From: a virus
Taxonomy: Duplodnaviria > Caudoviricetes
DNA length: 64,000 bases
IMG/VR virus record: IMGVR_UViG_3300031998_000031
Span: 1-64,000 of that record
Reading direction: 5' to 3' (one strand)
The notes under the pieces were generated by a model. The model had not been told where the DNA came from, did no database searches, and worked only from the letters and a program-made list of their open reading frames with translations. The translations under genes were made by a program, and so were the position numbers. Shown in pieces: positions 18,663 to 26,546 of this stretch; the stretch's first letter is position 1, and every line of letters starts with the position of its first letter.

Positions 18663-18945
18663 GGAGGCTGAGGCTTTGGCGGCTGCCATAGTAGAGCAGG
18701 CTTGCAGGGATTATGTGATAGGCCGCAGCCGGACCCTCTTCTCAAAGAATGCGGCGGTCATCAGAGGCGGTAAGAGGCTGCTGAAGTCAAGCTTAGCGTT
18801 TTTCGCAGGTGAATGGTTCAGTACCTTGAGTTGTATCAATCCGGCGTCGCTGATATCTATGCTGGACGTCGTGGCGATAGAAGAACGCGAGATGCGTCTC
18901 AGCTATGATTCGAGGGTAAATTCGTATAATAAAGTGGAGGTGTGA
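18652..18945 (+). CDS. Conserved phage protein
   Basis: LAAAIVEQA.RDY...FF.GEWF..L pattern; GGAGG RBS. Confidence 0.72.
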   Translation: MRDEEAEALAAAIVEQACRDYVIGRSRTLFSKNAAVIRGGKRLLKSSLAFFAGEWFSTLSCINPASLISMLDVVAIEEREMRLSYDSRVNSYNKVEV

Positions 18946-18946
18946 T

Positions 18947-19399
18947 ATGTCAGCATTCCTTTGTTCTAATGATACTTTCGCAGTTATCGCTCAGGAAGTG
19001 TGCGCAGTCTTAAATGATGAGAACGACAGGTCGAAGCTCAAAGATGCGCTCTCTGTTGTCTTTAGTGACTATATAGAGCGTAAAGGCTCTAAGGCCCCCG
19101 GAACTTATAGTGTCGAAAAGATACACAGAGCAATCTATTGCCTGAATGTCAGAGCGCTGATAGAACGGTATGCGGACGAAACGCCGGAAGGCAATGAGCA
19201 GTTCTACAGGCCGTATGAGCCGGTCGATATGAATCACATAGAGACGCTCAGGCGATTCACGTGTTACATCTACCAGATTAGTGACCCTATTATCGAAAAG
19301 ATGGACATCTATGATGCACTCGTTCGGCTCAGGGACCGTCTGGCCTACAGATATGTAAAGAACCTGCCTGAGTTCCGAAACAGCGAGGTCTGGGATTAG
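18947..19399 (+). CDS. Hypothetical protein
   Basis: GGAGGTG RBS, 150 aa. Confidence 0.75.
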   Translation: MSAFLCSNDTFAVIAQEVCAVLNDENDRSKLKDALSVVFSDYIERKGSKAPGTYSVEKIHRAIYCLNVRALIERYADETPEGNEQFYRPYEPVDMNHIETLRRFTCYIYQISDPIIEKMDIYDALVRLRDRLAYRYVKNLPEFRNSEVWD

Positions 19400-19403
19400 G
19401 ACC

Positions 19404-19468
19404 TTACACACTTTTACACTATTTTACACCATTTTACGTTGATTTTCATGCGCAAAGCGTGATATATG
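19404..19468 (+). promoter_or_regulatory. Candidate activator-dependent late promoter
   Basis: TTACAC at 19404, 19414, 19424 and TTACGT at 19434 (10-bp phasing), then TGATATATG; start of the structural operon. Confidence 0.65.
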
Positions 19469-19541
19469 TAAGCTGACGAGAGTTGGCGGAAGAATCCGAT
19501 GCCAGCTCTTTAGCTTACTCTAACGTAGAATCGGTGATATA

Positions 19542-20249
19542 ATGAATAAAGCAGAGCTTGATTATTACTACGCGATGTACCTTGCCATGGAAGGCGTGCC
19601 CATCTCTTCTGCCAGACTGGATGGCGAATGGGATGAGTCCCTGCACCCCAGAGATGAGGACGGTAAGTTCTCGGATGGCACAGGCGGCGGAACAAAGGCT
19701 GTACCGGCCAAGGATACGCATGCCAAGACTACAAGCCCTTCGGGAGCGGGCAGGATTAAGGTCGCGGGTCCCAAGGCGACTAAGCAGTTTATCAGCGAGT
19801 ATACGAAGGCTCATCCTGAAATCAAACAAGATGCCAAAAAGTACGCGAACGTGCTTAATGATGTGACACACTTTAAGGAGAAGTATCCGAACGCCGAGCC
19901 TAACAAGTCCTACGATGCTGTCACTGGCGAATTGGTGGATGTGAATAAAGGATACTGTGTCACGTTCCATCAGAACAAGGCTGTAGGCGACGAATACGGC
20001 GACTACGACGCAGATGACTATGCAGCCATGTGTGCTATTGCTATGAAGGAGCTTGGCGCAGATACATGCTACATAGGATATTTCGGAAATCCCGAAGTGT
20101 CTTTTAACTGCCCGGACTTCGATACGGCCAAGAGGTTTGCCATTGAGCATAACCAGCAGTCTGTGTACGACGCGGCTAATGGCGAGCTGTGGATAAATAA
20201 ATACTGGGATGAGAAGCTTAACCCCATAGCGGGTTGGGGGAGTAATTAA
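19542..20249 (+). CDS. Putative head cargo protein; C-terminal domain resembles SAM lyase/DUF3293-like proteins
   Basis: RLD followed by WDESLHPRDEDGKF; C-terminal GYF..PEVS...A..FA..HNQQSV. Confidence 0.55.
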   Translation: MNKAELDYYYAMYLAMEGVPISSARLDGEWDESLHPRDEDGKFSDGTGGGTKAVPAKDTHAKTTSPSGAGRIKVAGPKATKQFISEYTKAHPEIKQDAKKYANVLNDVTHFKEKYPNAEPNKSYDAVTGELVDVNKGYCVTFHQNKAVGDEYGDYDADDYAAMCAIAMKELGADTCYIGYFGNPEVSFNCPDFDTAKRFAIEHNQQSVYDAANGELWINKYWDEKLNPIAGWGSN

Positions 20250-20250
20250 A

Positions 20251-20547
20251 ATGAAGATTGATAGCGAGAAGTGGGAGGCGGCGTTCAAGTCGTTTACCGA
20301 GAATCCCGGCTGGGCGGCGTACTATAACAATGCGCCGTCTGACGAATGCAAGGATTATATAAAGTTCACCTTTTACAGCAGTGAGTATAACGAGCCGAAG
20401 GACCGCGATGAGCGCAAGCAGCTCAGGGACTTTTTCTACAGCAAGCTGGGTGTAAAAGACTGGAAATATATCATGGACCACGCTGGCAATTCCCCGCTCA
20501 GGGCAGTATGTCAGGCGTACATAGATAAGCTTTCCCAAAAGGCTTAA
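20251..20547 (+). CDS. Small partner/immunity-like protein
   Basis: Starts 1 nt after the upstream stop; followed by a terminator. Confidence 0.6.
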   Translation: MKIDSEKWEAAFKSFTENPGWAAYYNNAPSDECKDYIKFTFYSSEYNEPKDRDERKQLRDFFYSKLGVKDWKYIMDHAGNSPLRAVCQAYIDKLSQKA

Positions 20548-20590
20548 TGTTACACCATAAAAAGGCAGAGGCCGTTCCTCTGTGAGATTC

Positions 20591-20618
20591 GCGGGCTACT
20601 AAGGCCCGCTTTTTATTT
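20591..20618 (+). terminator. Rho-independent terminator
   Basis: GCGGGC-loop-GCCCGC-TTTTTATTT. Confidence 0.65.
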
Positions 20619-20712
20619 GCTGCTTTCGTTGGGGACGAGGCAGTTATTTTTTTACGCATGGAGGCTGGATATGACTACGAGATATTCAGGATGCGTTTAG
20701 TAGGTAGGAGAA

Positions 20713-21213
20713 ATGTCAAAACCGAGCAGATACAATCCTGAGTACCATGATAATTGGGCGTGGTCACTGGCTATCAAGGGTGCGACCGATGAGGAAATCG
20801 CTGATGCCTTTGATATGTCACGTCAGACTATAGCCCGCTGGAAGGCCAAGTATCCTTCCTTTAACGAAGCTCTTAATAACGGAAAGGATATCGCGGACTC
20901 CAACGTAGAGAAGTCTCTCTACAAAAGAGCTGTCGGATTCACGTACGAAGAGTATGAGCGTTCGAAAGAGGTCGACAAGAACGGCGAGGTAAAGACCGTA
21001 AAGAACAAGACCGTCACCAAGACCGTTATTCCGGACACTATGGCCATTATGTATTGGCTGAATAACAGGAAGCGCGGTACATGGGCACAGAAACAGGAAG
21101 TTCAGCTATCTGCCAGTGAAGAAGGCGACACGAATATCATCATATCGTTGCCGTCGAATGGAAGGCGGAGATTTGTAGATGAAGGACCTGACGAAGCCGA
21201 ACAAGAAGAGTAA
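20713..21213 (+). CDS. terS: Terminase small subunit
   Basis: GATDEEIAD.F...T..RW...YP.F HTH, VEKSLYKRA.G, PDT.A..YWL.NR. Confidence 0.9.
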   Translation: MSKPSRYNPEYHDNWAWSLAIKGATDEEIADAFDMSRQTIARWKAKYPSFNEALNNGKDIADSNVEKSLYKRAVGFTYEEYERSKEVDKNGEVKTVKNKTVTKTVIPDTMAIMYWLNNRKRGTWAQKQEVQLSASEEGDTNIIISLPSNGRRRFVDEGPDEAEQEE

Positions 21214-22618
21214 CAAGAACTTAGTCGTTATAGCTCCGCAGCCGGGGCCTCAGATGGAGTTCTTGTCTACACCGGCGGACGTTGCTATATACGGCGGCGC
21301 TGCTGGCGGTGGAAAATCCTTTGCACTACTGCTTCAGCCTCTGGCGTTCGTAGATGTGAAGGGCTTCGGATGCACGATATTCCGAAAGAATCATATACAG
21401 ATATTCTCTGAGGGCGGCCTGTGGGATGAGTCCAAGACGCTCTATGGAAAGGTCAAGAATGCAGAACCGAGGAAAGGTTCAACATCTTGGATATTCAAAG
21501 ACAAGAACGGCAACGAGATATCCAAGGTCAGTTTTGCTCATATAGAGCGAGATGAGGAACTTCCGAACTGGCAGGGCAGCCAGATTTGCATGATAGGATT
21601 CGATGAGCTGACGCATTTTTCCAGACATACTTTTCTGTACATGCTATCCCGTAACCGTTCCCTTTGTGGCGTAGAACCATTTGTCAGAGGCACATGCAAC
21701 CCGGATGCCAACAGCTGGGTCGCGGAATTCATATCTTGGTACATCGACCAAGAGACGGGATACGCTATCCCGGAGCGCAGCGGCGTGATACGCTGGTTTT
21801 TGGTGTATCAGGATGTGGTTTACTGGGCGGATACGAAGCGGGAACTTGATGAGCAGTTCGCTTTCATTCCTCCGGGCCCAGACAAGCCGATTCCAAAGTC
21901 GTTTACATTCATCATGTCGAGTGTTTACGACAACAAAGAGCTGCTTAGAGTAAACCCCTCATATATATCCAACCTTAAGTCACTGCCGCTCATAGAGCAG
22001 GAGCGCTTGCTTAAGGGCAACTGGAAAATTAAGGCCTCTGCGGGCCTGTTCTTCAAGAGGACACAGGTTGGCGAGTTCTTGCAGGTGGTCCCGGATGATG
22101 TAATCAGATGGGTGAGGTGCTGGGACTTGGCAGCCTCAGAAAAGACCGACAAGGGCGACCCGGCATTTACCGCCGGAGTCCTGATAGGCAAACGCAAGAA
22201 TGGAAGGTATATCATAGCCGATGTGATAAGGCGGCAGATGAATTCCGGCGATGTCCGCAAGACCATAACTCATACAGCCCAGCAGGATATAGCCAAGTAC
22301 AAGCGGGTGAGGATAAGGGTCCCACAGGACCCCGGCCAAGCAGGCAAAGAGCAGGCCAACTCATATATCAAGCAGCTTTCAGGATACGACGTCGTGGCCG
22401 TGCTGGAATCTGGCAGCAAGGAATCCAGAGCAGAGCCTATGGCTGCGCAATGGCAGGCGGGCAACTTCGATATCCTTATAGGACCGTGGAACGATGAGTA
22501 CCTGCAAGAGCTTGAGAACTTCCCGGATTGGAAGTTTAAAGATATGGTCGATGCGTCGGCCAACGGCTTCAACGAGATAGAGACTAAGAGCCAGTTCAAT
22601 CTGGGCAACCTTATTTAA
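21179..22618 (+). CDS. terL: Terminase large subunit
   Basis: GGAAGGGKS Walker A, FDELTHF, TCNP, WDLA, D.VDA nuclease motifs. Confidence 0.95.
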   Translation: MKDLTKPNKKSNKNLVVIAPQPGPQMEFLSTPADVAIYGGAAGGGKSFALLLQPLAFVDVKGFGCTIFRKNHIQIFSEGGLWDESKTLYGKVKNAEPRKGSTSWIFKDKNGNEISKVSFAHIERDEELPNWQGSQICMIGFDELTHFSRHTFLYMLSRNRSLCGVEPFVRGTCNPDANSWVAEFISWYIDQETGYAIPERSGVIRWFLVYQDVVYWADTKRELDEQFAFIPPGPDKPIPKSFTFIMSSVYDNKELLRVNPSYISNLKSLPLIEQERLLKGNWKIKASAGLFFKRTQVGEFLQVVPDDVIRWVRCWDLAASEKTDKGDPAFTAGVLIGKRKNGRYIIADVIRRQMNSGDVRKTITHTAQQDIAKYKRVRIRVPQDPGQAGKEQANSYIKQLSGYDVVAVLESGSKESRAEPMAAQWQAGNFDILIGPWNDEYLQELENFPDWKFKDMVDASANGFNEIETKSQFNLGNLI

Positions 22619-22630
22619 AGGAGATTTACG

Positions 22631-23461
22631 ATGGATGATACGGTGAAGAGATTCAAAGAAAGACGTGCTGCAAGGATAATGGCTCGTATGGATGATTCTT
22701 TCGATGAGGGCAGATGGGTGACCACAGAAAAGGGTGACCATGTGCACCTCAACGAAGCCGGTGAGCCTGATGCGGGCAATAAGTACGTCATCGCAGCGAT
22801 GAAGTCGTATAAAGAACGCCCCAAGGCGGGTTTAAAGATAAAGAAGCCTAAGGAGTCATATGCAGAAAGCATAGGACAAAGCTCTTTTGTTCCTCAAGTC
22901 AAAAACGGTTATGTTATAGACAAGAAGGGCAATATACACGGCACAAATGTCCATAAGGGAAAGGACGGTGCATTGCACGCAACAGGAACGAAGATGGCGT
23001 TTGTCGATGAGAACGGCGATTCGTTCTACAGACCGTCAGAGTCATTCCTTGATGAGAACGGCGACGCTATCATTCTTGACCCTCCGGGCTATGAGGATAA
23101 CGCCGAGACTGCAAAGTCCGAGACGGCAAAGTCCGAGGCTCCGAAGTTTGAGGAAAAGACCTATGACCGTATCCCGCTTACGGCATATATGGGCTCTAAG
23201 TACGCAAGCCCCGAAGACCTAAAAAAGAAGAGAGAAACAATCAAGAGGTTCATAAAGGACGCCAAGGTTGGAAATGTCTATTCCGCTTCAGGCGGATTCG
23301 GAAGTGCCGGGGATTCTCTTTTTGAGATAGTGCACTCAAACAAATCCTCGAACCACATGGCTCTTAAATGGGTAAACTCAAAATATGGGCCAGTAGTGCT
23401 CAATAGCTCGAACGTTCTATCGTTTATCAAGAACGGCGCAAAGCTCGTAGAGCAGAAGTAG
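22631..23461 (+). CDS. Putative head cargo protein of unknown function with the shared leader
   Basis: MDDTVKRFKERRAARIMARMD leader, then WVTTEKGDHVHL. Confidence 0.7.
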   Translation: MDDTVKRFKERRAARIMARMDDSFDEGRWVTTEKGDHVHLNEAGEPDAGNKYVIAAMKSYKERPKAGLKIKKPKESYAESIGQSSFVPQVKNGYVIDKKGNIHGTNVHKGKDGALHATGTKMAFVDENGDSFYRPSESFLDENGDAIILDPPGYEDNAETAKSETAKSEAPKFEEKTYDRIPLTAYMGSKYASPEDLKKKRETIKRFIKDAKVGNVYSASGGFGSAGDSLFEIVHSNKSSNHMALKWVNSKYGPVVLNSSNVLSFIKNGAKLVEQK

Positions 23462-23470
23462 GATAGAAAC

Positions 23471-25300
23471 ATGGACAAGGCAGTTTTTGAATTCAGGATG
23501 AGGAGATATCAGAGGCTGGCGTCCAGAATGGATGCAGACGATGATGAGACTGGCGGCGGCGCTATGTATCGCCTGCCGTATGGCCTTTGCAACAACGCTG
23601 GCATAGATACTACAGGAATGTCTCCGACAGATGCTTGGAATGCACTGAAGGATAAGACCGGCTTTGGCCATGATGAGGCTTTGAAGCAGCTCAAGGATAA
23701 CAGCAAGGCCAAGAGTAAGAAGATAAAGTCTTTAAGCAAATCCATAATCAAGTATCAGGAAAAGGTCGACAGCTATGGAAGCGAAGACGACTATGATACA
23801 CAGCAGCTCATCTATTACGCTGGGCACCTTAAGGAGTATCGCAAAGATTTAAAGAACGCGAAGAACAACTTAGAATACTACACCTCCGAGGCTGACTACT
23901 GGGAAAAGGCTTCACAGACAAGCTATGAGGAGTGGTACAAAAACCATGAAATGTACAAGAACCTTTGGGGCTATAGCGATGAGGAGATGCGGGCTGATTA
24001 CGACAAGAATATAGCCGACTGGACCGGCATTGCTAAGACGTACAGAGAGCGGGCGAAGGATAACGAAGAAAAAATCGCCACGCTTACACCTTTAATCGAA
24101 AAGGCCGAGAACTACGCTCACGACAAAAAGATGCTTGTCAAAAAGCAGGCGGAGCTTGAGACCTTAAAGCACACCCCGGACTACTTTAACGAGCAGACCG
24201 CGGAAAAGGGCAAAGAGGCAAAGGCAGCATACATCAGTAAGAAAAAGGGTGAATGGGATTCTAAGGTCAAATCCAAGGTCGAGGAGATGCTCAAGCTCGA
24301 TGAGAGCGAGTATTCTGGAATTTGGAAGGATAAGACCGTAAGGCCGTCCGAGTACGAAGAGTACAAAGATAGCATAGAGAAGAAACGTGCCTATTATGAG
24401 ATGAATCTGCATGACCCCGATTCGGATGCAGACAAGGTCGCACGAGCTCAGGAAAAACTGAAGCAGCTTGACGATTTTGAAGAGAAGGGCAAGCAGTACC
24501 AGCAGCTGAGTAAAGAGCTGGCAAAGACTCAGGCTAAGGCTTCTAAGTGGGGCGCTCAGACTCTGGGCATGGCCGAGAAGCGTATGAAAGATACGCCTTG
24601 GAAGACCAAGCAGGAGGCTTACGATACCCTGATAAGCGGATGTGTAGATGTCTGGACGAATGCCTCCATGGATGAGCGCAAGGCCGCGCACAGATACACC
24701 GGCAACTTCAGCCCGTTCAACGAACCATTAAGAGGCATCGAATACGGCACGAGCGAGTACAAGGGTGTAGACAATATCGACTTCGACCATATCGGCAAGT
24801 ACGACGACGGCCAGACAAAGAAAGATATTATCAATCTTACCAACATGATAAGCCGGTCCGAGTGTCCGGAAGATATGTGGCTCCAAAGAGGCGTAGGTAC
24901 CAAGGGCGCGAGCAAACTCTTGGGCGTGTCGCAGAGCTTTCTTCAGAATGCTACTACCGAAGACTTGCAGTCGCTCGTCGGCACTACCCCCACGGAGCTG
25001 GGATTTTGCAGCTGTGCAACAGCCAAGGGCAGCGGGTTTGCGTTTAAGGATGTCATTCTTAACATATTCGCGCCGAAGGGCACAAAGATGCTGTATACGG
25101 AGCCGTTCTCTCAGTACGGCTCTGGCGCTAAGTCCGTGGGCTGGGGCGGAAGCACGGGACAGTCTGATATCAGCGATGAGTGCGAAACTCTTCTTCAGCA
25201 GGGCACCAAGTTCCGCGTAGCTAAAGCGTACGTCGGTTCTAAGATATACTTTGACCTTGTAGTTATCGGAGACAACCCGAAGGACCTCACGAAGGTGTAG
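23471..25300 (+). CDS. VIP2/Alt-like ADP-ribosyltransferase with the shared leader
   Basis: C-terminal YTG...NEPLRG, LQRG, GFCSCA, PKGT, ECETLL..GTKF (R-S-ExE triad). Confidence 0.88.
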   Translation: MDKAVFEFRMRRYQRLASRMDADDDETGGGAMYRLPYGLCNNAGIDTTGMSPTDAWNALKDKTGFGHDEALKQLKDNSKAKSKKIKSLSKSIIKYQEKVDSYGSEDDYDTQQLIYYAGHLKEYRKDLKNAKNNLEYYTSEADYWEKASQTSYEEWYKNHEMYKNLWGYSDEEMRADYDKNIADWTGIAKTYRERAKDNEEKIATLTPLIEKAENYAHDKKMLVKKQAELETLKHTPDYFNEQTAEKGKEAKAAYISKKKGEWDSKVKSKVEEMLKLDESEYSGIWKDKTVRPSEYEEYKDSIEKKRAYYEMNLHDPDSDADKVARAQEKLKQLDDFEEKGKQYQQLSKELAKTQAKASKWGAQTLGMAEKRMKDTPWKTKQEAYDTLISGCVDVWTNASMDERKAAHRYTGNFSPFNEPLRGIEYGTSEYKGVDNIDFDHIGKYDDGQTKKDIINLTNMISRSECPEDMWLQRGVGTKGASKLLGVSQSFLQNATTEDLQSLVGTTPTELGFCSCATAKGSGFAFKDVILNIFAPKGTKMLYTEPFSQYGSGAKSVGWGGSTGQSDISDECETLLQQGTKFRVAKAYVGSKIYFDLVVIGDNPKDLTKV

Positions 25301-25317
25301 CATCGTGAAGAATATAT

Positions 25318-25356
25318 ACCAAAACGCTTTACAAAGCATGGCAAATGTGGTATACT
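25318..25356 (+). promoter_or_regulatory. Repeated strong sigma-A promoter, copy 6 (upstream of ART partner genes)
   Basis: ACCAAAACGC-TTTACA-17bp-(TG)TATACT. Confidence 0.82.
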
Positions 25357-25376
25357 CACTTTTGGAGGTGTGATAA

Positions 25377-25649
25377 ATGTCTGAGAATAAATCGATAGTC
25401 GACAGATACGGCGACGAAGTTCTTACGGATAACAGTAAGATAATCAAATTCAGACAATGTATCGATTGCGTACACAGGGCAGACCGTGGTACGGCTTTGG
25501 ACTGGCTGGGATTCCAGAAGCAGTTCTGTAGGCAGTTCGACGGTGAAAGGACCCCGTTCAAGCCGCTCGAATTCAGCTTGGATGAGGATGACCCTGAATA
25601 CATGGAGTGCCTTCTGTACTGCAAAGATACAGACGAAGAGAGCGAATGA
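25377..25649 (+). CDS. Small Cys-containing ART partner (immunity-like)
   Basis: C..C.H...C..F...KP...C..Y; lies between ART and ARH; GGAGGTG RBS. Confidence 0.7.
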   Translation: MSENKSIVDRYGDEVLTDNSKIIKFRQCIDCVHRADRGTALDWLGFQKQFCRQFDGERTPFKPLEFSLDEDDPEYMECLLYCKDTDEESE

Positions 25650-26482
25650 CAGGGAATAAGAAACTTAGCGACGCTATATTGGGGCTTGCCATAGGCGATG
25701 CCCTTGGAGTCCCGTATGAATTCTACATGCGGGGCGCTTTCAAGTGCTGGGATATGGTAGGATTCGGTACCCATCACCAGCAGCTCGGAACATGGTCCGA
25801 TGATACTTCGATGACCATAGCGACAGCAAAGAGCATCAAGGGCCACAACGGCACAATCGATGTCGATGATATGCGCCAAAACTTCATGGAGTGGTTCACT
25901 GAGGGCAAATTTACCCCCGGAGGCAGAGTGTTCGATATCGGCTGCACGACGATGAATGCTTTGGCATCCGGCGAGCCCGGAGTCGATGTCCGAGATAACG
26001 GGAACGGCTCACTGATGCGGATACTGCCGCTGGCGTTCACCGATTGTTCAGACGATGAGATAAGAGCGGTGTCGGCTATTACTCACGGGCACTTCTTTTC
26101 AACAGAGGCCTGTGTGATATATGTACATATTGCAAGGAAGCTGCTGGAGGGCGAGGATATAGATGCTATAATCCCAACGCTCGTTTACGAGTATCCGTTC
26201 AACAGGCTGAGCATGATTAACACCCTAAGCGAGGACGTCATATCGTCAAGTGGATATGTCGTATCGACTTTGGAAGCTGCACTGTGGGCGATAGTTCACC
26301 GGGACAAAGATGAGCGCAGTTTCAAGCAGACGGTGCTCGACGCAGTAAACCTTGGCTACGATACTGACACGGTGGCAGCTGTGACAGGCGGCCTTGCCGG
26401 TATAATATACGGACTCGACGGCGAAGATGATTGGCTATCTAAGTTGAAGGGCAAAGATATAATCATGGACTGCCTCTGGTAG
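25646..26482 (+). CDS. ADP-ribosylglycohydrolase (DraG/ARH family)
   Basis: GDALG, WSDDT, GNGSLMR, TH, DTDT.AAV.G motifs; ATGA overlap with upstream gene. Confidence 0.95.
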   Translation: MTGNKKLSDAILGLAIGDALGVPYEFYMRGAFKCWDMVGFGTHHQQLGTWSDDTSMTIATAKSIKGHNGTIDVDDMRQNFMEWFTEGKFTPGGRVFDIGCTTMNALASGEPGVDVRDNGNGSLMRILPLAFTDCSDDEIRAVSAITHGHFFSTEACVIYVHIARKLLEGEDIDAIIPTLVYEYPFNRLSMINTLSEDVISSSGYVVSTLEAALWAIVHRDKDERSFKQTVLDAVNLGYDTDTVAAVTGGLAGIIYGLDGEDDWLSKLKGKDIIMDCLW

Positions 26483-26546
26483 GACATATTCAAATGGCGG
26501 AAACGAGCTTCGAGCGAGAGCCCGGAGCTTTTTTATTGGAGACGAT

